From the NCBI RefSeq assembly GCF_000315625.1, contig NW_005434519.1, positions 55,159 through 95,849 on the forward strand: 40,691 nt of DNA, given 5' to 3'. The DNA comes from Guillardia theta CCMP2712 (Eukaryota; Protista; Cryptophyta). The notes beneath the pieces were generated by a model, which searched no databases, was not told the DNA's origin, and was given only the letters and a program-made list of their open reading frames with translations. Position numbers and translations under genes: made by a program. This document shows, piece after piece, positions 1 to 10,200 of this stretch (position 1 is its first letter; each line of letters starts with the position of its first letter).

Positions 1-22
1 TGTCTGTCTGTCTGTCTGTCTG

Positions 23-106
<84 letters not shown>
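1..106. repeat. (TGTC)n microsatellite grading into (TC)n
   Basis: Directly visible tandem repeat; it leads into dispersed repeat copy A. Confidence 0.97.
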
Positions 107-785
107 GCTCTTGATCGCTCGCTCTCCTACAGCTCTCTCGCCTCTCTGCATTGCGACACTTCGCCTCAGAGGAACCCGGCGGGCTGTTTCCCAAAAAGGA
201 ATTCTGCTACTCGTACAGAGCTTTAACTTAAAATTTTGAGTAAAAGATCATTACAAGCGACTGGCAACTTCGGACGGGATTAAGTTCCGAGTTCAACGGT
301 TCCGATCGGATGGCCGGGCCCGGCCACCCGGCCAAAACAATAATGAACCCCATGTTGATTTTTACTTAACATTCCATGATCAGAAAATGATGACGGGGAA
401 GGTCATGTTCCTGCCCACGTCCCCCCGGAGTCAGCGAAGCTGAGCTAAAAAAAATGGAGGTGTAGGGGTGGTTCTATCAATGAAAATGGAAAAGAGTTCT
501 GCCAGGCTGAATTCAATGATTCAATGCTGACACTACTGGGCCGGACTTCGGTAAAGTTCTCCGAAAGGATGCAGGTCCGAGTAATATGCCCCCGAGCCTC
601 GTGATCACTGTTCAAGCCGCGGTCCGACCGGAGCCTTGGCAGCCCGGCCCGCCCCACTCAGTGACTGGCACGGACTGAACCCTGGCGCCGAGTCAAACTG
701 AACTTCCGAAAACAAAAATGAGGCAGGCGAACGAATGTTACCAGAGTTGTACCGTACTCTACAAGAACTTGATGCACTGAGTGAT
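88..785 (+). repeat. Dispersed direct repeat, copy A (partner 3757-4412)
   Basis: Shared collinear blocks with copy B, e.g. gctctcctacagctctctcgcctctctgcattgc, caagcgactggcaacttcggacgggatt, ttgatttttacttaacattccatga, gtaggggtggttctatcaatgaaaatggaaaag, aacgaatgttaccagagttgtac. Confidence 0.92.
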
Positions 786-1946
786 GCGGCCCGGGTATAG
801 TCCAGCAACTGAGCGATAGTGCACTTAGGAGTAGAACAGATGAACAATGAAGCTAGATTTGTTGACATGCCGTTCACAAACCCATATGCAGCCCCTAGCA
901 AATCTGGTCTTTTTTTTTCTACTTTTTTCAAGTTGGGGATTCACATGGGGTCCGCCGTTATATACACTTCCTGTTGACTACCCCCTGTTTTCACCGATCA
1001 AAGGGGGGGTAGAGAGACTGGACAAATTGAACTTTGAAAAGCGGGGTGGGGTGATTTGAATTTCTCTGGCGTGGAACCCTTCCCCGGCCTTGCAAGTTGG
1101 TTTTAGAGGTACTGCAATTTTAGTTTTACCCATCACATACATGGTAGTATAGATTGTACTGTATGAAAACATATTGGTACAAACGAGAGGTTTCCTGGTA
1201 CAGAAGTTCCCCCCTCCACCACCCTACCCCCCGGGCCCTTCTTATCGGTAGTATCTCCTCACAGAGGATATTTGAATCCACAGAGAAATCCCTCCGATGC
1301 TCCGACTGATATGAATACTCACTGTTATGCGCATCCCCCAGTCATTTATGTCGCCGCATGACCGTACTCAACAGCATCCCGTCACTGTGCGCTAGCCTGA
1401 GGAACCGTAACGGGCTTCCTGCAGTCTCCTCTCCATCAGGAGATTCTGTTCCTGGAGCCGCCCCGGGTGTTCGGCCTCTGCATACTAGAGCGGACAAGGC
1501 TAGTACGTGCAAGGGCGGCCGAGTTCCGACAGTTCGGAGCCTGAGTTCGGTTCACTGAGTCAATGGCGGCGCCGACGGTCACCGTGGCAGAGTCAACCGC
1601 ACTGCCGCACGGTCATTCGGATTGATGAGTTACTGAAAGTTTTTTCAAGTTTTGTTTTTCGGCGAACGACCTGAGCCCTGTCGTTTCAACGCAGGTGACA
1701 AAGCCTGATTGACGGTGAGCTTCCGGGCCGTAGATGATAGACACATAACCTTTATTCTTTAAATTACAAGGCCTCAACGGCCGCGTTAGGAGGACCACCG
1801 GTGGCAGCCTGATAGACAAGCGGCTGACTCTGTGACAACCATGGCTCAGTCACCAACAAATCTGCGAAAAGCATCCAGTCAAGTCAACTCAAGACACAAA
1901 ACCATTGCATCGAGTCACACCTGAGAGGTAAAACCATCCCGGGCCC

Positions 1947-3221
1947 TCACGGCATAATTCCCTCCGTCGTCCACCTCCGCACCAGCCTTGCAAGATAGGA
2001 AAGCTTCTCCGCCCCTGCCGTCCTTGACTTCCTCAGGTACATGAGCGACTCCTCCGTCATCTGCTCATCCCGGCTCTTGTCGCTGGGGTTTGCTCGCATC
2101 CCCGGCGGAAGGTATCGGTTCTTGAACTGCTCGTACTCCTCAAGCGACGTCACGTCAAACGTGATCGTGTACCCATACTGCCGCCCTTGATCATCAAACA
2201 TCTTGTGTAGGGTGCACTTGAGGTGGGTCACCCCTCCCTCGCTCCCTCCCCGCGCTCGACGCATCATCCGCCAGTACCACGTCACCTCGCGATGGAAAGC
2301 CTGACACAGCAGGCTGATAACCGTGACGAGAATCTCGTACTCGCTCACTTGCAGCGGCATGTCTCGGTTCGAGTGGCGGCACAGGATCTCCGTGTGGTGA
2401 TACCCCAGCAGCTCCGCTATCTCGTCTCCCAGCTTCAGCCGCTTGCTCAGAAGATTCTCCCTGTTAATCTCCACCGACAACCAGCGCCCATGCCCCCAGT
2501 ACTCGTTGCACGCGACTCGCTCAAACTCCTCTACCACGCCCCGCTCCTGCTTGGCGACTGCCAACCCCACGTCATCGCTCGGGAGGTTCTGACCATAGTT
2601 ACTGAGCCTCCCGTACGCATGCTGTCGGCACAGCACAGCCTTGTAGTCCGGGAGGACTTTGGACTTGTCCGACATGATGTGCTTCACCCTGTCGATCCCC
2701 TCGTCCATCGATGTCTTCAGATCCAGCGGCAGGATCTTGAACGCTCTGAACAAAGTCGACGCGCTCAGCCCCAGCTCCCACAGGGCGCGCACGATGGTGA
2801 TGTTGACGCCGACCTGCAAGCACGCATGCCTGAGCGACTCCAGCGAGATCTCCTGGTCCTCCACGCTTTGGAACCACGTCTCCTTGGGGTCGCAGATCTG
2901 CGCGTAGAGCGTCGACGTATCTGACTCTGCCAGGCACTGAGCGCTCGTCCCGGCTACGATGCACATGGCGCAGGGCCGCACGTTGCTGCACTTGCGCTTC
3001 TTCTGACGGCACTCGGAGCACGAGTTGGTGATGTACTTGGATCGCTTGCGACGAGGCTCCAGCCTTACAGCAAGAGCGTCCACAGCGACGTTGGGGTCGA
3101 CGAGAGGCTCGCAGTCGAGGGAGCAGGATGGCGGGGAGTGAGAGACGGCTGGGAGGTGGAGGGACCTCTCAAGGCTCTGAGCAGTCGCGGAGTTGAGTGC
3201 GGATAGCTGTTCAGCCATCAT
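1947..3221 (-). CDS. Zn(II)2Cys6 binuclear-cluster transcription factor with C-terminal PAS/PAC-like region, copy 1
   Basis: S-C-SE-C-RQKKRK-C-SNVRP-C-AM-C-IVAGTSAQ-C (2934-3020) fits the C-x2-C-x6-C-x5-C-x2-C-x8-C Gal4-type pattern. AELLGYHHTEILCR and FDDQGRQYGYTITFDVT resemble PAS/PAC signatures. First ATG is at 3221; a possible acceptor (tttgacag, 3242) could add a 5' exon. Confidence 0.85.
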   Translation of the reverse strand: MMAEQLSALNSATAQSLERSLHLPAVSHSPPSCSLDCEPLVDPNVAVDALAVRLEPRRKRSKYITNSCSECRQKKRKCSNVRPCAMCIVAGTSAQCLAESDTSTLYAQICDPKETWFQSVEDQEISLESLRHACLQVGVNITIVRALWELGLSASTLFRAFKILPLDLKTSMDEGIDRVKHIMSDKSKVLPDYKAVLCRQHAYGRLSNYGQNLPSDDVGLAVAKQERGVVEEFERVACNEYWGHGRWLSVEINRENLLSKRLKLGDEIAELLGYHHTEILCRHSNRDMPLQVSEYEILVTVISLLCQAFHREVTWYWRMMRRARGGSEGGVTHLKCTLHKMFDDQGRQYGYTITFDVTSLEEYEQFKNRYLPPGMRANPSDKSRDEQMTEESLMYLRKSRTAGAEKLSYLARLVRRWTTEGIMP

Positions 3222-3756
3222 CAAGCACCAATCGTCATCGTCTGTCAAACAATCAAAAACCAGCGTGTCTGTATGTTGTATTCTTTGAAACCTTTTATAT
3301 CCCGTTTCTCTTCGAGGTTGGAACGGATCATCCCAGTTGATTCTTTGATAAAAGATTAGTGTTCAGCAGCTTATAAAACGTTTTCCTTTTACTAATTGCT
3401 ATATTCTTTTTGTTTGTTTTCAGAGACAACTCCTCAGGGGAGGGTTTGGTTCGCTGGTATCGATCCAAGTGAGCTAAACACTACTAAAGACACAACTATC
3501 TCACTGTCAGCCTGAGTTTAAGTACTGATTGAGCAAATAAAACTCAAGTCACACTGCATGATAACATACAAGAGGCAATCTTCCACGTGCGATTCAAACC
3601 AACACAAACTAAAATGAGGTATCTGAACGCAGGACGTTCTGTTTTGAGCATGACCATGTTCTTTCCTTCAATTCTTTCAAGTGTATGAAACAACCTTGCA
3701 TTCACCTTATTCTCTTCTCCTTTGTTTGCGCCCACCTCTTCTCCATCTTGACATGT

Positions 3757-4412
3757 TCTCTCTCTCTCTCTCTCTCGCTCGCTCTCCTACAGCTCTCTCG
3801 CCTCTCTGCATTGCCTCACTTCGCCTCAGAGGAACCCGGCGGGCTGCTTCCCAAAACGGTGAACATCCCATCCCTGCGGTACAGATTTTTAGGTCAATAA
3901 CAAGCGACTGGCAACTTCGGACGGGATTCCGAGTTCCGATGACCGGGCCCGGCCAAGCGGCCCGGACTGCACTCACTGGTCAAAACAATAATACATAATA
4001 AAATACCTACTATAATAAATGAACCCCATCCCTTGATTTTTACTTAACATTCCATGAGCAGAAAATGATGACGTGGGAGGGGCCATCGCTCGTTATGTTA
4101 AATATGTTCCTGCCCACGTCCCCCCTCAGCGAAGTTGAGCTAAAAAAGATTGGTTTTGGACCCCTCTAAATGATGTCGTTTGTGTGAGTAATGGAGGGGT
4201 AGGGGTGGTTCTATCAATGAAAATGGAAAAGGGTTCTGCAATTGCTGACAGACTTCGGAATGCACAGAAGTAAAGCTCTCCGAAAGGATGCAGGTTTAAT
4301 ATGAACCTCGTGATCATTCATCCAGCCCGCCCCACAGACTGAACCAAAACAAAAATGAGGCAGTGAACGAATGTTACCAGAGTTGTACTCTACAAGAAAT
4401 GCACTGAGGTGG
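3757..4412 (+). repeat. Dispersed direct repeat, copy B (partner 88-785)
   Basis: Begins with (TC)n, then the same blocks in the same order as copy A; lies between the two divergent Zn-cluster genes. Confidence 0.92.
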
Positions 4413-4914
4413 CCAATTCGGATTGCTGACAGAATACTACGAACCGTTGAGTTTCTCAATTACAAACTCGTGACTCTCGGAATTTCTCTTGGGACTTAAA
4501 GTGCTTTAGTAAACCTCTCCCACCGTCCGACCTCCTCTTCCGCTGCCTTCCCATCTAAATCCGCTCCTGCTGTTTGTTTACCTAGCGCTGTTCTATCTTG
4601 CTTCTTGTTGCAGAAATGCTCCTCGAACCATGCCTTTACTTTCGCAGTAACCTAACTGTCTTGAAATCATCCCCCTCTGCCATGTGTACCAAAAGCTCAC
4701 TAACTTCACTGCAAATTATCCAAATCATGCACTAATTGTCCTATGAATCTTGACACTGAAATTTCGACTTGCAGAAACAAGAAAATTTTCCTTCCAAAAA
4801 ATAATACCTCATCTGTTGGTGGTAAAATTTGAAGCAGAACCAAAATCGTAAGGTAGATTTAAGATGCAACTCAGAATCTATCATTGACTTGAATTGAAAA
4901 CAGGGGGAAACAAA

Positions 4915-6267
4915 ATGATGCTTCATACTGCCCCATGCGAGTTTCCACAGAAGCGTCTCTGCTCTGAGTTCCTCGATCATGACGATTGGTGCTTGATGAT
5001 GGCTGAACAGCTATCCGCACTCAACTCCGCGACTGCTCAGAGCCTTGAGAGGTCCCTCCATCTCCCAGCCGTCTCTCACTTCCCGCCATCCTGCTCCCTC
5101 GACTGCGAGAATTTCTTCGACCCCAACGTCGCTGTGGACGCTCTTGCTGTAAGGCTGGAGCCTCGTCGCAAGCGATCCAAGTACATCACCAACTCGTGCT
5201 CCGAGTGTCGTCAGAAGAAGCGCAAGTGCAGCAACGTGCGGCCCTGCGCCATGTGCATCATAGCCGGGACGAGCGCTCAGTGCCTGGCAGAGTCAGATAC
5301 GTCGACGCTCTACGCGCAGATCTGCGACCCCAAGGAGACGTGGTTCCAAAGCGTGGAGGACCAGGAGATCTCGCTGGAGTCGCTCAGGCATGCGTGCTTG
5401 CAGGTCGGCGTCAACATCACCATCGTGCGCGCCATGTGGGAGCTGGGGCTGAGCGCGTCGACTTTGTTCAGAGCGTTCAAGATCCTGCCGCTGGATCTGA
5501 AGACATCGATGGACGAGGGGATCGACAGGGTGAGGCACATCATGTCGGACAAGTCCAAAGTCCTCCCGGACTACAAGGCTGTGCTGTGCCGACAGCATGC
5601 GTACGGGAGGCTCAGTAACTATGGTCAGAACCTCCCGAGCGATGACGTGGGGTTGGCAGTCGCCAAGCAGGAGCGGGGCGTGGTAGAGGAGTTTGAGCGA
5701 GTAGCGTGCAACGAGTACTGGGGGCATGGGCGCTGGTTGTCTATGGAATTTGATCGAGAGAATCTTCTGAGCAAGCGGCTGAAGCTGGGAGACGAGATAG
5801 CAGAGCTGCTGGGGTATCACCACACGGAGATCCTGTGTCGCCACTCGAACCGAGACATGCTGCTGCAAGTGAGCGAGTACGAGATTCTCGTCACGATCAT
5901 CAACCTGCTGTGTCAGTCGTTCCATCGCGAGGTGACGTGGTATTGGCGGCTGATGCGTCGAGCTCCGGGAGGGAGCGAGGGAGGGGTGACGTACCTCAAG
6001 TGCACCCTACACAAGATGTTTGATGATCAAGGGCGGCAGTATGGGTACACGATCACGTTTGACGTGACGTCGCTCGAGGAGTACGAGCAGTTCAAGAACC
6101 GATACCTTCCGCCGGGGATGCGAGCGAACAGCGACAAGAGCCTGGAGGAGCAGATGTCGAAGGAGACGCTCATGTACCTGAGGAAGTCAAGGACGGCAGG
6201 GGCGGAGAAGCTTTCCTATCTTGCAAGGCTGGTGCGGAGGTGGACGACGGAGGGAATCATCCCGTGA
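4915..6267 (+). CDS. Zn(II)2Cys6 transcription factor with C-terminal PAS/PAC-like region, copy 2
   Basis: Zn cluster at 5197-5283; PAS-like region about 5734-6069; ~94% amino-acid identity to the 1947-3221 product by manual comparison. Start is either ATG 4915 or the shared MMAEQ start at ~4996. Confidence 0.85.
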   Translation: MMLHTAPCEFPQKRLCSEFLDHDDWCLMMAEQLSALNSATAQSLERSLHLPAVSHFPPSCSLDCENFFDPNVAVDALAVRLEPRRKRSKYITNSCSECRQKKRKCSNVRPCAMCIIAGTSAQCLAESDTSTLYAQICDPKETWFQSVEDQEISLESLRHACLQVGVNITIVRAMWELGLSASTLFRAFKILPLDLKTSMDEGIDRVRHIMSDKSKVLPDYKAVLCRQHAYGRLSNYGQNLPSDDVGLAVAKQERGVVEEFERVACNEYWGHGRWLSMEFDRENLLSKRLKLGDEIAELLGYHHTEILCRHSNRDMLLQVSEYEILVTIINLLCQSFHREVTWYWRLMRRAPGGSEGGVTYLKCTLHKMFDDQGRQYGYTITFDVTSLEEYEQFKNRYLPPGMRANSDKSLEEQMSKETLMYLRKSRTAGAEKLSYLARLVRRWTTEGIIP

Positions 6268-6907
6268 GGAATTTGATTTTATCTTTCGTGACAGTTAGCG
6301 ATTTGATGATGATGGTTTTCGTGTGTTTCCACCGACATTCCTGAAGGTTTGACATTTCAGTTTTCAGCACTTGAATCGTAAGGTCAAGGAGACTGTTGTG
6401 ACTTAGATTTTATGATTTTTATAGATTGATAATATAAAGCATGTTTACACTGAAGTGTGTATTTGGTAGTGGGTTGCTTGTTGCAAAACTCATGCAAGGG
6501 TAGAAATGCATGATTGTTGTCAACTTGATGCTTTTTCACTTCTTGCCTATTTTCGAGATACATCTGTTGACGTGTACGCATGATTTCAGCTCATCAAAAT
6601 TTCTCAGACTTCCATGAGTTCATTTGTTTTGTTTTGTTTTCACGGTTTACTTTCTTTGCTTGCAGTAATAATTTCTTTGTTTTCTATCAGTTTATGAGTG
6701 TTCTTTGTCTATCTCTCCGTTCAGTCTCTGATCTTGTTAAGCTTTATGTCAACACGCTCTTGTGAGATCCAATTCTCCGCGGCTTTGGCAAGAGAGCTCC
6801 TTCTGAAACCACAACATTTCCATCTTCCTTTCTTCCCCCCCCCGCCAACTCGTCAAGTTTCCTGCATTGCAATCAGGCGCTCTCAACCAAACCTCCGCCA
6901 AACAGCA

Positions 6908-7218
6908 TCACATGCTCGGCCCTAAGTAGCTTCTTGTTGAGTCGACATGAATATCCATGTCATTGCCATTGTCCGTGTCCTTGTACTTATCCTGTCAGCA
7001 GGTTGAGCAAAGAGCGCTGACGTGCATTGTAACCTCAACGCCCAGCACATGCTTGTCAATGATGGTTCTTAGCTTACTCTTCTTCTGCTCGTTTGACAGC
7101 CCCGAGTGCCACTCCCAGTACGGCATCGAGAAGAGCTTGTAGCCGATCGCCTGCTGGCCGTCAATTGACTCCCTTACCCTCTTCCCCCTCCCCTTGCCTA
7201 CTTTCCTCCCCCTACCTC

Positions 7219-7291
<73 letters not shown>

Positions 7292-10200
7292 CCCTGTCCC
7301 TGTCCCTGTCCCTGTCCTCCCTCGATCTCCCTCTTTGCCTTCTTCCTCTGCTTCATTACTGACCTGCAGTTGCCTCCTCTTCATCAATGTCCGACCTAGC
7401 GGTATTTTGCTTCCTCTGGCGAAATGTGAAGGCCCGTCAACCTGTCAAGGTTGTGAGTGCATGCAAGGCAGAGAGAAAGGAGTAGAAGACAAGGAACAAG
7501 GGATGAGGTGGTGGTGAAGAAGAAGCAGGAATACGACAAGAGGAAGGAGCAGGAGAGGGACAAGGGTAAGAAGAAGGAGGAGGAGGATGAAGATACCTCG
7601 ATGGCGAAGGAAGCAGCAGCGATCGAGATGTCTAGGGAGTAGCTTGTAACGCGCTCAATCGTCTCCTCCTCAAGGGTCCAACTTTGATCCACCACTCTCT
7701 GCTCTTGAAGCTCCTTCCACACCACCCTCAACGTGTCCGCCACGTTCCTCTGCAGCCCGGACATGGCATCGGGCAGGAGGACGTCCGACGTAGCCGCTGC
7801 TCCCTTGTCTGTCAGGGTCATCGTCCCCTGCATGCCCGCGAGTTTGGAGGAGGAGAGGAGAGCGCGCTGGGTTGCGTGCCAGGCCTGCTCAATTCTTTTG
7901 CGGTGCTGCAGGAGACTGTCAAGCTCCGGGAGCTCCTTCTTGGGTACGAGACCCTCGACCTACGACAAGAGAGAGGCAAGGAGTCACGTCAGATGAGAGT
8001 AACAGTCGGAGCAGGAAGAGAAAGAGGAGGTGGAGGGAGGAACCTCGATGGCGAGGATGTACTGATGCAGCTGACTGAGCGCGTTGCCGTCCATGGAAGA
8101 AATCTGCGACAAGCAGGACGAGCAGATCCATCGATTGAGCGTCGGGTCGGAGATCTGCATGACGCATAAAAGGGTGAAAAAAATTAGAGGAAGGAGAGGA
8201 CAGGAGAAGACAGGAGAGGAGTTGAGAAGACACGAGAGGAGAGGAGAGGAGCGGAGAGGAGCGGAGAGGAGCGGAGAGGAGGAGGAGAGGAGAGGAGAGG
8301 AGAGGAGAGGAGGAGGAGGAGGAGAGGAGAGGAGACGGGAGGGGAGTGGAGGAGAGGAGAGGAAAGGAGAGGGAGACGGGAGGGGAGGGGAGGGGAGGGG
8401 TGGGGGGAGAGAGGAGAGTAGAGAGAGAGAGGAGAGGAGAGGAGAGGAGAGGANNNNNNNNNNNNNNNNNNNNNNNNNNNNNNNNNNNNNNNNNNNNNNN
8501 NNNNNNNNNNNNNNNNNNNNNNNNNNNNNNNNNNNNNNNNNNNNNNNNNNNNNCCAGAGCAGGAGAGGAGAGGAGAGGAGAGGAGAGGAGAGGAGAGGAG
8601 AGAAGAGGAGAGGAGAGGAGAGGAGAGGAAAAGAGACGAGGCGAGACGAGACGAGACGCTGGGAAGGAAGGGGAGAAAAGGCGAGGACACGATGTTTGAG
8701 ACCTTGAGGACTGCGATTGACCAGGCAATGTTCGAAAGTGCCTGAGCGTTGAAGTCTTTGGCCTGCATCATGGTCTGCCGGGAGCGGAGGAGAGTCGTTG
8801 CGACATGCCCCAGCAGCTCGCTGTCTTCCACGTTGAGTACAGCGAGAGCATGAAAGATGTTGGCGATCGCGTGCGCATCGAAGGCGGATGGCGACATGTC
8901 CTGCACGTCATCAGAGCCGCGCGTGAGCAGGAGCGCTTCCTACCATGGCGACCTTGGAGAGCCTCCGGAGAAGGGGGAGGTCGCGTATCCTGAGCTGCGC
9001 GTATGCGTTGAGCAGGATGCCGATCTTGGAGGCTTCGAACTGATGGGCAGACATGGCCTGGAGGAGGAGCGACATGTGGCCGAACAGCTCGGCGTCATGC
9101 ACGTGCGCCTTGGCAAAGGCGTTGACGATGTTGACCACGTCCTGAGGGCTGCAAGGAATCTCGAAGTTCCTCTGGCCCATCTGCTGCGCCACGCGGCTGA
9201 GGTGAGCAAACATGCAGCTGTCCTGCATGCCGAGCTTGGCGAAGGCGTTGACGATGAGCGCGACGCCCTGCGCGGAGAACTGCTGCTCGGAGAGACCCGT
9301 GACTATGCGAGCCTGCCAGAGCTTGAGCGTCTACCTCCCTTCCCACCATCAAGGGAGACGAGGGCAAAGTGAAGAGAGACAGGAAGGAGGAGGAAGCAGG
9401 GGAGGAATGAGCCGCACCAGACGTCGGAACAAAGTTTTGAGCGAGGTGTAGGCTGCAGGAGCAGCATCTGCGTATCTAGTCCACGCCTGAAAGCAGAGTC
9501 ATCTGCTTGTCTTCCCTCGCTCCCTCTCTCTACACCTGCGTGTTCTTGGCAAACGCGTTGACGATGTTGGCGATGCTCTGAGCATCGAAATCTTGATCCG
9601 GAATCTCCATGCACAAGAAGCACATGCGGCGGAAGAGAGCATGATCTCTCTCGCCATTCTGATTGGAATCAGAGGCTGGAGGGACGGCAGCAAGTCACCT
9701 TGGCGAAGGCGTTGGCGAGCATGGCAATGGTCTGAGAGGAGAAGGCAGGGGGAGGCAGAAGCATCGCCTGTTGTGAGATCCACCTACTCGACATAGTCAG
9801 CAGAAGTTCAGAGAATGGGAGAGAAAGAGAAGCAGGCAGGAGAGATGAAGTAGCAGAAGAACGGGGAACAGGAAAGACAAGAAGCTGAGCCCCATGGAGT
9901 GGGCAGGGAGGAAGGAGGAGAAAGGGAAGGATATGAACGAAAAAGACATCAAACCTGAAGAGAGTTGAATCTTTTAATTCTGCCTGAGGTCGGTCCAATT
10001 TCAGCAACAAGAGATTGATGTGGAAGGAGGGTAACTAGTGTTGTCTCCTGCTTTCTCAAACCTCCTTGTACTCGTACCGTCCCTCCTTCCTCCTTCCTCC
10101 TCCTTCTTCCTTCAATCATCCTCCTTTCTCTTTCTTCTTCCTTCAATCATCCTCCTTCCTCCTCCTTCCTCTTGATGCTCATCTTCTCAATCCCTTACCT

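Noticed and set aside
2223-5925. Long antisense and alternate-frame ORFs over the Zn-cluster genes (2223-2924, 5293-5925, 2599-3021, 5196-5618)
   Set aside because: Shadows of GC3-rich coding sequence, duplicated only because the host gene is.
5734-6069. LOV photoreceptor interpretation of the PAS-like region (ILCRH)
   Set aside because: Lacks GxNCRFLQ and the other flavin-binding residues.
7919-8728. SSPLL and EERRG repeat ORFs
   Set aside because: Translations of (GGAGA)n across an assembly gap.
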